From an uncultured Myxococcales bacterium (GTDB lineage Bacteria; Myxococcota_A; Bradymonadia; UBA7976; VGTA01), in assembly GCA_937146725.1 (NCBI GenBank), contig CAKZRU010000041.1, positions 5,154 through 69,153 of the forward strand: DNA of 64,000 nucleotides. Reading direction: 5' to 3'. A program made the translations under genes and the position numbers. This document shows, piece by piece, positions 1 to 11,100 of this stretch. Position 1 is the stretch's first letter, and the number at the start of each line of letters is the position of its first letter. A model generated the notes under the pieces. The model searched no databases, was not told where the DNA came from, and worked only from the letters and a program-made list of their open reading frames with translations.

Positions 1-603
1 GACTGCTAATTGAATCCCACGACCCCAACCAGCGGGCATGGCAAGATGAATCCAAGCCACAGCTAAGTGTTCAAGTGTAGCCGCATTACGCAAAGGTCCA
101 AGATCAATCGGGCGCATGTTTAAACTGCTCAGTAGTTTTGACACTGTCGCTTTGGCCTCAGCATTATCTCCTGCAAACAGATGATCAAGTGGTCGTTCAG
201 CACTTGCTGTAATCAGGCTGTGTTCTGCACCAAAAGTATTAAAGGCCTTGATGACATAAGCATCAGGCAGTAGCGCTTGTAGCCGAGCGGCACCGCTGGT
301 AAAGCCTTCTGGTGGATTATGTACCGGGCCACCTTCCCAACCTAATGGGTTACTCGCATCAATTACAACCTTACCTGCTAATCCCAAAGTTGGTAAAAGA
401 TCTTGTGCCGCCGCCGAGGGAATTGTTGAAATCACAACATCAACTCCCTCAGCACTTTGGGAAACGGTCGCCCCGGTTTCGGTCAGCAAGTCACTGACCT
501 TATCAGGATTTCGTACTCCAATTGTCACCGTATGATTCGCATGAGCTAAAGCTCGAATGATATTACCACCAACATTACCTGCCCCAATCACATGTACCTT
601 CAT
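1..603 (-). CDS. NAD(P)-binding dinucleotide-binding oxidoreductase (COG2085 / F420-dependent NADP reductase-like); C-terminus lies beyond window start (partial)
   Basis: Reverse-complement of 541-603 translates MKVHVIGAGNVGGNIIRALAHANHTV... (Rossmann GxGxxG motif at N-terminus); ORF continues without stop to position 1; ATG at 603-601. Confidence 0.7.
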   Translation of the reverse strand, partial: MKVHVIGAGNVGGNIIRALAHANHTVTIGVRNPDKVSDLLTETGATVSQSAEGVDVVISTIPSAAAQDLLPTLGLAGKVVIDASNPLGWEGGPVHNPPEGFTSGAARLQALLPDAYVIKAFNTFGAEHSLITASAERPLDHLFAGDNAEAKATVSKLLSSLNMRPIDLGPLRNAATLEHLAVAWIHLAMPAGWGRGIQLAV

Positions 604-955
604 TTTGAACCTTCTTTTATGAATCTCTACTGACTTATTGTGACTCTTGACTATGAGTCATACATCATAAATAGAGAATATTTAGATTATTTAGCTTATT
701 TAGAGACTGTACAAAGATCAAGAGTCACAAGCAGGCTAAATCATTAAGTTCAGATGTTAGACCTTGTTGATCTAAACTGTGGATCTAAGTTAACAACTCT
801 TGTCAACAGACACTTTACAGTGATCACTTTTTGCTTTGTTTGTTTTGAGTTATTTCCTTTAATAATAGATATTTAGTAATTTTTTAGCTTGTGGCATAGC
901 TTTTGCTGTTATTTACAGGTGTTCCTAAGTTTATTCAATCGTAAAGGGAGTTGTC

Positions 956-3433
956 ATGAAGCAGCCCAATGTAAGACAAACACTTAAACAGTCCACTCAA
1001 TCTTATCATCTAGTCAACGCCAAGTTAGCCTTACTCATAAGCATACTTATCGCCACAATGCTTGGCGCTTGCCAAGATGAAAATTCCTCTGAAGCCATCG
1101 GTTCGTTTAATGAGCCTAATAGTAACTACAATGGTGATGGATATGACGATTCTGAAGCAGCCGCCGGTACCTCAATGCCTTCTGGAATCCCAAATGATAA
1201 TTCGCAAGATGTATCAGCAGAGGGTCAGACACAAGACTCAAATAGAGATGTTGAAGAACCAGAAGAGCCAGAAGAGCCAGAAGAAGAACCCACCGAGCTT
1301 TTGTGCGAGGATCAAGGGCCGACTCAACTTTTCCTTTCGGCGGATGACTCCAATTCACAAGCTTCACCGGTTTTGGCTAGATCTCTGATTCAGCAAAAAC
1401 GCTTTGTACCTGCCAAGTCGGTGCGTACATATGAGTTTCTTAATTATGCAGAATTTGACTATCCGGCACCTAGTGAAGGCCTCGCTTTATATCCAGAAAT
1501 GAGACTGGCACAGGGAGAGCATGCCGGTGATGGTAATTACCAATTACAAATTGGTTTAAGAGCACCTCAATTAGAGCTCAATGATTTACCTCCTATGCAC
1601 TTGGTTTTGGTCTTAGACAGTTCAGGCTCTATGAATGGTTCTGCCTTTCAAACCTTAAAATCAACCGTGCAAACCCTGAGCAGAAACTTACGTTCTAATG
1701 ATCGTATTTCAGTGGTTAAGTTAGATGCTAATCCAGAGCTTCTTTTAAATCACCAAGCTGTTGATGAGGCTGAGATTAACGAGCTACTTGATGAATTAGT
1801 GCCCAATGGTATCACCGCTTTTGGTCAAGCAGCAGAAATTGCCTATGCCCAAGCTTTAGAGCATCAGCGTGAGGGTAGCAAAACCCATGTCATTTTAATT
1901 TCAGATGGTGGGGCCAATGCCAATGACGATGAGTTGGCCCAGATTTCCGAAATGGCAGGCACCTCACAACAGGCCGGTATCTTTTTAATGGGTGTAGGTG
2001 TAGGAGAGGGCTTTAATGATGGCCTAATGGATGCAGTCACCGATGCCGGTAAAGGCTCTTATGTATTTATTGATTCCCAAGCAGAAGCCGAGACGATTTT
2101 TAATACTCAATTTGTGAATCATTTTTCTGTAGCGGCTTTGGATGTGCAAGTCAGTCTTACCTTGCCCTCTTTGTGGTCCATGCAGGTCTTTTTTGGTGAG
2201 CAGATCTCTACTGTGGCTTCCGAGGTACAAACTCAAAATCTAAGTCACAATGACCAAATGATTTTCAATCAAGTGCTGAACCACTGCGACCCACAAGCGA
2301 TTGATGAAAGTGCTGAATGGTTAGCACAGGCAAGCTACACAGACCCCCAATCTGGCGAGCGTATGGAAAGCGAAATCCGTTTTACCTTTGCTGACTTAAT
2401 GGAAAATACAGCACACAACCTCGAAAAAGGATCGGCTATTGTCTCTTTTGCCGAAGGACTGAAGAGCTTGTTTCCTTTAAGAGCTAAACCCTATCAAGCG
2501 CCTCGTACATTGATTGAAGATTCTTCTGATGATCAAGATTCTCGTTCAGTTATTGAGATTTGTGAAGAGGTAGAAGCAATGCTTAATCAGGCCCAAGCTT
2601 CTTTAACCGAAGAAGACTTAGAGTTAAGTCTATATCAAGAGTTAATCACAACTTACTGCCAAACAATCACCGTAGGCCAATCTCCTGATCGTGGCTGTGA
2701 TTGCAAGCAAGATGCTAGCCCTCGACAAGCCTTAGGTATTTGTGAAAGCGATCTTGTTGAAGATGATGAGGTTCTTGGAATCACTGGTACTTCTGTAGAA
2801 GTCTTGGCGAATCTCAGAGATGGCAGTGATGCCTATGCAAGACAAGGATGCCAACTTTTGGCTCTTTCTTCAGGCGATATCCAATCTGAAGATAAGTTTA
2901 GTGGTGAATTACCATCTCAACAAAGCAATACCATTTTACCAAAGTTTAGTGGTGTCGAGCGTATTTCTCTTGACCGTAGCAATACCTTTGACATGACTCA
3001 ATACAAGGTCACCTTAACCGCGCCCTCTGATGCAAAAAGCTTTTCTTTTGATTTCCGTTTCTTTTCGGCAGAGTTTCCCGAGTACATAGGCTCACAGTTC
3101 AATGATGCTTTTTACGCCATCCTAGAGGCGGACAGCACCAATAACGGAGAGCCCACCAATATTTCCTTTGATGCTGTTGGTAAGGCGATTGAAATAAATA
3201 ATAATTACTTTGCCTCTCCCTTTCATCCTTGTAGTGAAAGAGGCACCGGCTATGTTCGTGGCGGTTCAACATGCTGGTTAAGAACCAGTTGGCCTATCCA
3301 AGCCGGAGAAACCTTTACGATCACTTTCTCTGTGCATGATACCGGCGATCAAATCTACACTTCCACAGTACTTTTAGATCACTTTAAGTTCCACAAAGAT
3401 GCCGCTGTTGGCATGACTGACCCATTGAACTAA
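956..3433 (+). CDS. von Willebrand factor type A (vWA) domain lipoprotein, YfbK-like, with acidic low-complexity linker and C-terminal Cys-containing beta-rich domain
   Basis: Lipobox LLISILIATMLGAC near N-terminus; vWA MIDAS region HLVLVLDSSGSMNGS...ITAFGQA...HVILISDGGAN; upstream vWA-N-like RFVPAKSVRTYEFLNYAEFDYP; EEPEEPEEPEEEP acidic stretch. Confidence 0.8.
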   Translation: MKQPNVRQTLKQSTQSYHLVNAKLALLISILIATMLGACQDENSSEAIGSFNEPNSNYNGDGYDDSEAAAGTSMPSGIPNDNSQDVSAEGQTQDSNRDVEEPEEPEEPEEEPTELLCEDQGPTQLFLSADDSNSQASPVLARSLIQQKRFVPAKSVRTYEFLNYAEFDYPAPSEGLALYPEMRLAQGEHAGDGNYQLQIGLRAPQLELNDLPPMHLVLVLDSSGSMNGSAFQTLKSTVQTLSRNLRSNDRISVVKLDANPELLLNHQAVDEAEINELLDELVPNGITAFGQAAEIAYAQALEHQREGSKTHVILISDGGANANDDELAQISEMAGTSQQAGIFLMGVGVGEGFNDGLMDAVTDAGKGSYVFIDSQAEAETIFNTQFVNHFSVAALDVQVSLTLPSLWSMQVFFGEQISTVASEVQTQNLSHNDQMIFNQVLNHCDPQAIDESAEWLAQASYTDPQSGERMESEIRFTFADLMENTAHNLEKGSAIVSFAEGLKSLFPLRAKPYQAPRTLIEDSSDDQDSRSVIEICEEVEAMLNQAQASLTEEDLELSLYQELITTYCQTITVGQSPDRGCDCKQDASPRQALGICESDLVEDDEVLGITGTSVEVLANLRDGSDAYARQGCQLLALSSGDIQSEDKFSGELPSQQSNTILPKFSGVERISLDRSNTFDMTQYKVTLTAPSDAKSFSFDFRFFSAEFPEYIGSQFNDAFYAILEADSTNNGEPTNISFDAVGKAIEINNNYFASPFHPCSERGTGYVRGGSTCWLRTSWPIQAGETFTITFSVHDTGDQIYTSTVLLDHFKFHKDAAVGMTDPLN

Positions 3434-3503
3434 TGTGAACTTTTTTTCAGCTAGATAAAGCCTTCAATAAGAAAAACGGAGTCATAAAAGCAAGCAAACA
3501 GCC

Positions 3504-4559
3504 TTAATTACTAGTTGCATTCAAACGATAGCTTACCCCTGATAAATCAACTTGGCCCATTGCCATAAAGGAGTTCATCACTGAGGCCAATGGATCAAGT
3601 ATAATATAATAGCGAATCCCAGCTGATAATTGTATATCCAAAACTGCTTGGTGAGAAGGTTGTACATCCTTTGTAGCCATCCCTTCTACGGAAAACTGAC
3701 AGCCCAAAGGTTCTTGATCTATTTGTCGACTCTCACCTGGGCAAGTACTAAGTACTATGATTGAAACTGGGATATCAAACTGACCAACACTGACTCTTCC
3801 GGTAAAGCGTACACTCATATCAATTGGAAGTCTTATGCTGTAAATCATGTCATAAGAGCGAGCCGAATCTTCTATCAGATGTGCTGGCAAGCAGTGAGTA
3901 TTTGTATAAAGCTGATCTGCAAATTGTCCGTTTGGGACCACACTTGATGAATCAAGTACAATAGGTGAAGCACAAGAGGCGGGTGTTTCGGGAGCCGGAA
4001 AGTCAAAAGAGTAAAAGCAGTAATTGTCTACACACTCATATTGCTCACAGTCACCGCTTTGTAAGCAACTTCTTTGGGCAAGTGCCATACAGCGGCCAGC
4101 CTCACATACTGATCGGTCGTAGCAAAGCTGTTCATCACAGCAAGTACTTTGATCGTTAGGACTAGGATCTTCATCAATATGTCCATCGCAGTCATCATCT
4201 CTTTGATTACAGATTTCTCCTATTTGTTCGGGTTGCCAAACGCCTGCAACGCAACGTTCCCAACCACATTCTTCTGCTTCTCTTTGCTCATTTTCATCAC
4301 ACTCTGCTGTCTGCATATCAGAAGCTGACATATCAGTAGTTGACATATCAGTAGTTGACATATCTATAGCCGACATATCATCCATCATCCCTGTGTCCCC
4401 ATTGGGTAATAAAAGAGGGACTTCAATCGTTTGTCGTCGGCCGACATCTACAAGATTGACCGAATTTTCATCTTCACAGGCGCAGGTTAAAACAGTAAAC
4501 AATAAAAGCAGTAGACTTGTTGCTAACCTCATCATGGTCGACCTCAAAGTTCGTTTCAA
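3504..4559 (-). CDS. secreted Cys-rich lipoprotein with two 4-Cys modules and a C-terminal PPC-like (pre-peptidase C-terminal-like) beta-sandwich domain; small paralog of the 8139-12998 giant protein
   Basis: Lipoprotein signal LLLLLFTVLTCAC; DMSTT/DMSAS repeats; modules CDEQLCYDRSVCEAGRC and CLQSGDCEQYECVDNYC; C-terminal IVLDSS...DMIYSIRL...GIRYYIILDP resembles PPC-domain pattern D.vL.l...G.YY..v. Confidence 0.6.
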   Translation of the reverse strand: MKRTLRSTMMRLATSLLLLLFTVLTCACEDENSVNLVDVGRRQTIEVPLLLPNGDTGMMDDMSAIDMSTTDMSTTDMSASDMQTAECDENEQREAEECGWERCVAGVWQPEQIGEICNQRDDDCDGHIDEDPSPNDQSTCCDEQLCYDRSVCEAGRCMALAQRSCLQSGDCEQYECVDNYCFYSFDFPAPETPASCASPIVLDSSSVVPNGQFADQLYTNTHCLPAHLIEDSARSYDMIYSIRLPIDMSVRFTGRVSVGQFDIPVSIIVLSTCPGESRQIDQEPLGCQFSVEGMATKDVQPSHQAVLDIQLSAGIRYYIILDPLASVMNSFMAMGQVDLSGVSYRLNATSN

Positions 4560-4782
4560 GCGATCACTTGTATGCTTGAGTTAAACATAAAAGTTAAGCT
4601 CAAGATGTATGTGAAGCTATTTCGCATGCGATTACCTCTCAAGTTTTCTTAAAGCTTTTTTATCATAAGACCATAAACTTATATAGCTTTTGTACTCACG
4701 ATCGAAAAAATCTTAAGAGTATGTTAACTTGAGATCAATGTTCATGTGTCATTTGATTATTTTGGCCAAAAGGATATCGTTT

Positions 4783-5634
4783 ATGCCCAAGGGTAGCCCA
4801 ATCTCTTTGATAGAACTCACTTTGAGCGAACTTGCTCAGCACCACAATGCCTTACCCAATATGCTAGATGAGTCTTGCACTGCGGTCATTGTTCGTGAGG
4901 CCTTTCCCAAAAGCCTTATGCAAAAGGCTTGTGAGCGCTTAAGTGCCAAAGAACTAGAATCTCAACTTACCTCACCCAATCAAGGAATGCCTGGTGGAGA
5001 ACTTCTTACATTAGGCGCGGCGGCCACGCCCACCATGACTGCTTTAAACGGGCCTAAAAACGAGATTTACATCGAAAGTGCTCAACATGCACAAGAATGG
5101 GAAAATCTTATATTTGGAGAGTTTAGCGTATCTGCACAAGTGGCCAAAATATTGGCTGGACTCAACCAAAATAAACCCGCTCAACCAGCCCCTTTTCAAG
5201 ATCCTCACTTAGGCCAATGGCTTCCCTTTAATTATCGAATATTACCCCCTAATACACAGATCTACTCTCACCATGATATGCATTATCGCTTGCCTATTTA
5301 TGACCTATTGGCGGATGGATATAACCAAAAAAAGCTTTTAAGTTGGTTTATCACCGGACAAGAAGCACTGTCAGGTGGCGAACTCATTATTTATGGCTTA
5401 CGCAGTGATGATCCTCATCCGCCTATGTTAGCTAATCGCTTTGTTGATACTGAAGCCTTAGAAAAAGAGTATTACAAGCTCAACTTAGATCTTAAAGCAG
5501 GTGATTTCTTGATTTTTAATTCAGGTTTACATGTGCACAGAGTCAGTGCTGTACAGCAAAAGCAATCACGGATCACCTTTGGGGGCTTTGCAACCTTTGC
5601 TCTTGACCAAAGTCATATGATTTATTGGAGCTAA
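4783..5634 (+). CDS. hypothetical protein, probable 2OG-Fe(II) oxygenase superfamily (prolyl-hydroxylase-like HxD...H...R arrangement)
   Basis: Start moved from 4729 to ATG 4783 preceded by AAGGA (4769-4773, 9-nt spacer); motifs SHHDMHY (HxD), GLHVHRV (distal His), SRITFGG (Arg) in the expected spacing for 2OG oxygenases. Confidence 0.5.
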   Translation: MPKGSPISLIELTLSELAQHHNALPNMLDESCTAVIVREAFPKSLMQKACERLSAKELESQLTSPNQGMPGGELLTLGAAATPTMTALNGPKNEIYIESAQHAQEWENLIFGEFSVSAQVAKILAGLNQNKPAQPAPFQDPHLGQWLPFNYRILPPNTQIYSHHDMHYRLPIYDLLADGYNQKKLLSWFITGQEALSGGELIIYGLRSDDPHPPMLANRFVDTEALEKEYYKLNLDLKAGDFLIFNSGLHVHRVSAVQQKQSRITFGGFATFALDQSHMIYWS

Positions 5635-5794
5635 AGATGACACAATCAATCACTTGTAAATAAGCAATAAACTTGATGCTTATCATGACATTTTGCTTTA
5701 ATTGATCTTGCTTGGCTCTCTAGTTTTGCTTTAGATGCCTCAACGACCAAACTTTATCTTATTTATGACTTTCGATACGGACGAACCTTACCTT

Positions 5795-8071
5795 ATGAAG
5801 CTTTATCAACTCCTTGTCTTATCCTGCTCGCTTTTTTATTTGAGTTCAGCTCATGCCCAAGCTACTTCGGAAGGTAAGGTAAGCGCTCCAAAGACAACTC
5901 AAACCCCAAAACAAAAGGCTAGCAAGACGCAAGAAGCCAGTAAGACGCAAGACGCCAGCAAGAAGCAAGAAGCTAGCAAGACACAAGGTTCTGAGCCTAA
6001 AGAAAAAAAGGCAGAGAACTCTGTTGCTAAAAAAGATCAACAAGAAACAAGTTCGCTAGTACAAAGCCCACAAGTACAAGCAGACCTAGCAACACCCAAA
6101 GCTAAAGTAAGCATTGGTCAAGAACGTCGCTTACCCAATGACCGAGTGGCGGTTCAACAAAGAGCGATGAGTCGAGAGGGCTCTATTGGTTTACATGAGG
6201 TGAAATCGGCTGATGTTGGTCCACAAGGCACTCTGCGCTTTGGTGTGCAAGTCAGTGGCTTTAGTTCGGATCAGTTTTTAACTTTAGGCACCAAAGAGCG
6301 CTTCTCAAGAGGTGACTTTTCTTTATCATATACGCCAATCAACTTTGTTGAAGTCTACGCGAATACCCGCTCATTAAGCTATACAAATCCCTTAGGGGCA
6401 CCAAGTTATGTTCAAGGTCAAGGTGATCTTAAATTAGGTGCTAAGGTGGGACACTTTTGGGGTACGATTGGAGCCGGTTTATCTTTAGCCGCTCAGCTTT
6501 TTAGTGATCCGGAAGGAGGCGCTTGGCGAGGCGAGGCGACTAACTTTGAAATCAGCGCTTTGTTTACAACTGATTTAACCAAAAAGGCAGCGCCGATTCC
6601 CTTTAGGTTTTTGCTTGATGTAAGCTTTACCAAAGAAAACAGTGAAGCCTTGACAGATTTTTTGGCCCAAGAACCAAGCCTAATCCAAGAATGGGGCTAT
6701 CAATCAGGTCGCTACGATCGTTTAATGCTCAATTTTGGTATTGAAGTGCCTACCGAATATGTGAGCCCTTTTATCGAGTATCACATTGGTACACCTTTCT
6801 TGGTGGAAATGCCTCGCATGGGTGAGTATTCCCGTATCTTTGCCTTTGAGTCAGTTCCCAACTACATGGCCGGTGGTCTGAGAGGCTTTCCAAGACCGGA
6901 CATTGCAATTGAGCTCGGGGGGACTTTAGGCTTTAGCGATGCACCCTTTACCGGTGTGCCGGCAACCCCACCTTGGAGCATTTGGGGCGGTGTGAGCTAT
7001 ACTTTAGATCCAAGACCTGAAGTAATTGAACGAGAGATTAAAATCGAGCCTCCTCCGGCACCCAAGGTTGAACCTAAACCTTTGGGTGCTTTGTTAACTC
7101 TTATGGTCGTGGATGCCGTTGATCAAAAGGCGATCGAGGGCGCAACATTAAGGTTTAACAATGAAGAACTCAGCCCACAATACAGTGATGAGCAAGGGCG
7201 TTTTATTGGCTATCGCCTAGCACCTAAAAAGTATATCATTGAGGTGTCGGCTGAGGGCTATTTAAGCAAAAAAGTCCGCTTGGGTATCAAAAAAGGGCAA
7301 GAGGAGCGCAAGGCTAGGCTCAAACTCAAGCGAGATCCGCAACAAAAGCTCGCTCGCTTTGCCGTCAGCTTAAAACTTAAGCCGGAAGAAGACGCAAACT
7401 TGGCCCGCTTTGAGTTGAGTTTTATTGGCCCAGAAGCACATAAAACCACTTTGAGCGCCTCTACTCCATTTAGCAAAGAGCTATTACCAGGCGACTATGT
7501 TCTACTGATTAACGATGCTGAGGGACGTAGCTATCATGAGTTAATTACTTTGGGTAGTGGGGGTGAAGGGACTCGCGAGATTACGCTTGATATGATTAAA
7601 GGGGTTCAAGAAGCCGATGATAACAATGCGCAAACCAAGACTTCCAAAAAAGCCAAAAAGTCATCTAACGAAGCACTTAAGGGCTCGACTAAGTGGCTTA
7701 AATATAACTTAAAACGTAAATATTTAGCCACCAAGCGAGGCATTAGTTTTAATGGTGAAGGCGCAAGTCTGACTAAGTCCGGTAAGCGTATTGTTCGTGG
7801 TTTGGCCGAATTCCTAAACAGTGAAACCAGAATCCAAAAGATCGTTTTAATGATCCATACTCATAGTCGTGGCGATCTTAAAGCTGACAAGCGCTTGGGC
7901 TATCAACGCGGGCAAGCGATTAAGAAACTACTAGTCGCCGAGGGCGTAAATGCAAGCCGAGTGTCTGTATTTAGCTATGGAAGTGAAAAGAGCATTGACT
8001 CAAACCTAACCAGACGTGGCCGACAGCGTAATCAAAGAGTCATGATGCGCATTAAATCAGTAGATTTATAA
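5795..8071 (+). CDS. OmpA-family outer membrane protein with N-terminal ASKTQ repeats, CarboxypepD_reg-like domain and C-terminal OmpA/MotB peptidoglycan-binding domain
   Basis: Signal peptide MKLYQLLVLSCSLFYLSSAHAQA (start moved to ATG 5795); 18-nt tandem repeats encoding ASKTQE x4; C-terminal TKRGISFNGEGASLTKSGKRIVRGLAEFL...RLGYQRGQAIKKLLVAEGV...RRGRQRNQRV typical OmpA-like domain. Confidence 0.75.
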   Translation: MKLYQLLVLSCSLFYLSSAHAQATSEGKVSAPKTTQTPKQKASKTQEASKTQDASKKQEASKTQGSEPKEKKAENSVAKKDQQETSSLVQSPQVQADLATPKAKVSIGQERRLPNDRVAVQQRAMSREGSIGLHEVKSADVGPQGTLRFGVQVSGFSSDQFLTLGTKERFSRGDFSLSYTPINFVEVYANTRSLSYTNPLGAPSYVQGQGDLKLGAKVGHFWGTIGAGLSLAAQLFSDPEGGAWRGEATNFEISALFTTDLTKKAAPIPFRFLLDVSFTKENSEALTDFLAQEPSLIQEWGYQSGRYDRLMLNFGIEVPTEYVSPFIEYHIGTPFLVEMPRMGEYSRIFAFESVPNYMAGGLRGFPRPDIAIELGGTLGFSDAPFTGVPATPPWSIWGGVSYTLDPRPEVIEREIKIEPPPAPKVEPKPLGALLTLMVVDAVDQKAIEGATLRFNNEELSPQYSDEQGRFIGYRLAPKKYIIEVSAEGYLSKKVRLGIKKGQEERKARLKLKRDPQQKLARFAVSLKLKPEEDANLARFELSFIGPEAHKTTLSASTPFSKELLPGDYVLLINDAEGRSYHELITLGSGGEGTREITLDMIKGVQEADDNNAQTKTSKKAKKSSNEALKGSTKWLKYNLKRKYLATKRGISFNGEGASLTKSGKRIVRGLAEFLNSETRIQKIVLMIHTHSRGDLKADKRLGYQRGQAIKKLLVAEGVNASRVSVFSYGSEKSIDSNLTRRGRQRNQRVMMRIKSVDL
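5918..5989 (+). repeat. 18-nt in-frame tandem repeat x4 (encodes ASKTQEASKTQDASKKQEASKTQG) inside the OmpA-family gene
   Basis: gctagcaagacgcaagaa / gccagtaagacgcaagac / gccagcaagaagcaagaa / gctagcaagacacaaggt read directly. Confidence 0.8.
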
Positions 8072-8138
8072 TGTACCTAAAACGAGTTTTGTCAATGAGC
8101 GTGGCGTGGGCTAATTTATTTACCAAAAGGGTAAAACG

Positions 8139-11100
8139 ATGATCAACTATCTAATCAATACGCAAAAGCTTTTGAGTCGTATGCACCTGTTTTTTATGGG
8201 CAGTATGATCATACTCAGTGCCTTAGGCTGTGGTCGAAGTGAGCTTCAATGCGATACCCACTTGGACTGTGCCAATGGTGAGGCCTGTATTCAATCTCAA
8301 TGTCTGACCGGCCCAGCCTGTGTAGAAGGGCTTTGCCCAAGCACCCAAGAATGCGTCGCTGAAATTTGCATAGATCGAGAATTACTCAAAAGCGAATGTG
8401 ATGAGCTTAATGCTTGTCCTGAAGGCTTAAGTTGCATCGAAGGCCGTTGTTTGCTGACCTGCGAAGGCGAGCAATGTGTGACGCCACCTCCAGAATGCAC
8501 TGAGGATGTTGAATGTGGTGATGGGCGAATTTGCCAAGACTTTAGCTGTGTTGAAGGTTGCAATTTTAACATACAATGCCCAGAAAATTATGACTGTGTG
8601 GATAATACTTGTGTCGCCTTGGCCTGTGTTGATGTTGACTGTCCTCAGGGCTTTGAATGTGTAGAGGATATGTGTGTTCCCAATGAAATCTGCGAGGAAA
8701 ACAGTGATTGTCCGGAAGGCTTAGTATGCGATTTAGGCCTCTGCCTTGATGTACCTTGTCAACAGGATGATGACTGTCTACAAGGCCAGCAATGTGTAAA
8801 TAATCAATGTATTGCCGCCCCTCAGTGCTTAAACTCAGCTGAATGTCCACGAGGCTTTGACTGCGTTTTAGGTGTATGTCGCTTTAATCCGGAATGTAAC
8901 TCGGATGATGATTGTGATGAGGGTGAAATCTGTTCAGCTAATGCCTGCATTCCATTTTTGGCTTGTATGGATAACAGTGACTGCCCACCCAACTTTGATT
9001 GCGCCGAAGGGCGCTGTGAGTTTAGTGGGCGTTGCAGTGATGACTTAGATTGTCCACCCATTGCCCTTTGCTTAGAAGAAGTCTGTGTCGAGAATGCTTG
9101 TCGAACGAGTCAAGAATGCGGAGTTGGCTCTGAATGTCTTGATAACCGCTGTGTGGAAGCTCCTGAATGTAGGGTCAATGGAGACTGTCCTTTTGGGACT
9201 CGCTGTGAGGATAGTCGCTGTGTAGAAGCTCCTGCTTGCCAAGTAAACACCGATTGTTTAGCTGGTGAATCATGTATCAATAATGTGTGTACGCCAAGTG
9301 GTTGTGAAAGCGCGGGGATTACCTGTCCACCCAATACCAACTGCATAAATGATGTATGTGCACCAAGTTCATGTCGAATCGATCAAGATTGCCCTCGTTC
9401 ATTCTCTTGTATCGATCAAGTTTGCTTGCCTACCTTATGTGAGCAAGATGCTGATTGTGGCTTAGGGTCAATCTGTCGGGCAGGGCGTTGTTTCTTCCCA
9501 GCGAGATGTATGAGTGATAATGAATGTGCTGGTGGTGAGCGGTGCTTGGCGGGTGTATGTACTCCGCAAGGCTGTAGTGTTGACCGAGACTGCCTAGATA
9601 ATGAGCAATGTGAAGCAGGTCGCTGTGTGGCACTAAGCTGTGTAAATGACATCGACTGTGGCCCCGAAGTTTACTGTATTGCCAACCAATGCATTCCGGA
9701 TTTAGTTTGCCAAAGTGCCGATGATTGTCCTGGTGGCATTCCCTGTGTGAATCGTCGCTGTCGCCTTGGTGATAATTGTGAGCGTGACAGTGACTGTCCC
9801 GTTGGCTTGGAATGTGCCTTTGGTGAATGCTTGGAAGTGCCGGTTTTAGAGTGCGCGCAGGACAGAGATTGTGCTCAAGGTCAGCGCTGCGAGTTTGGAC
9901 AGTGCACCGGAGAGGTGAATCTTTGCCAAAGTGACTTTGATTGTGGACCGGGCTTCACTTGTTCGGGTGGAGTATGTGTAAGCAATGATTGTATGAATGA
10001 TAGTCAATGCCCTGCCAATGAGATTTGTCAAGCGGGTCTTTGTGTACCAGCACCGGAATGTCGAGTCAGTACAGATTGTGGGCCAAACGAAGAATGTCGT
10101 AGTGGAAGCTGTGTCTTTACGGGTGAATGTCGTAATAACTTAGAATGCCAAGACCCCTTTATTTGTGTTGATTTTGCCTGTGTGCTCGATGGCGCTTGTG
10201 GACCTGATAACCCTTGCCCAAGTGGAGAGACCTGTATTAATCGCACCTGTATTCCAAATAATGGCTGTATACAAGATAGTGATTGTGGCTTGGGTGAAAG
10301 CTGTCGAGCGGGTCGCTGTCTCTTTACAGGAGAATGTCGTCTACCAAGAGATTGTCCGGTTAACTTTACCTGTCGCAACTTTGTTTGTGAGGCACTAAAC
10401 CAGTGTGTTGCTGACGTGGATTGTGGACCAGGTTCAAGCTGTGTGAATGGCCAGTGTGTATTTACGGGAGAATGTCAAAATGACATGGAATGTACTGGCT
10501 CTGATCGCTGTGTTGACTTCCTTTGTGTGCCGGCTTTACAGTGTGGACCAGGCCGCTTGTGTCCAGTAGGCGAAGAATGTATGGACGGCCTTTGTGTATT
10601 TAATGGCGAATGCCGAAATAATAACGACTGTCCTGCACTCAACTCATGTATCAATAACCAATGCGAAGAAACCGGACGCTGTGATCGAGATAGTGATTGT
10701 GCGGCAGGGCTTGTTTGTGATGCGCTGAGTCAACGCTGTGTTGCAGATATTGACTGCGCAAATGATGCCCAATGTGAAGCAGGGCAACAGTGTATTGGTG
10801 GGCTGTGTCGTGATGTGCTTGGATGTACACGAGATGCCGATTGTGAGTCGGATCAATACTGTGAGTTAGCTGCAAACTTATGCTTGGCTCGTCCGGATTG
10901 CTTTACCGATCAAGAATGTGCGGCAAATGAGCGTTGTGATCAAGGAAGCTGCGTGCCTACTTCTTGTAGTAGTGATGATGATTGTAATGCCGAGCAAAGC
11001 TGTGCAGCCGGTCGCTGTATTCCACGTCTTTTCTGTGGTGATGACTCCGATTGCTTTATTCCAGGCACACAGTGCATCAACAACGTTTGCGAAGTGCCCA

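Noticed and set aside
312-497. 61-aa plus-strand ORF
   Set aside because: It lies wholly inside the minus-strand COG2085-like oxidoreductase gene (1-603).
4729-4782. Track start MRSMFMCHLIILAKRISF for the oxygenase-like ORF
   Set aside because: It has an odd N-terminus with no RBS. The ATG at 4783 has AAGGA at a 9-nt spacing.
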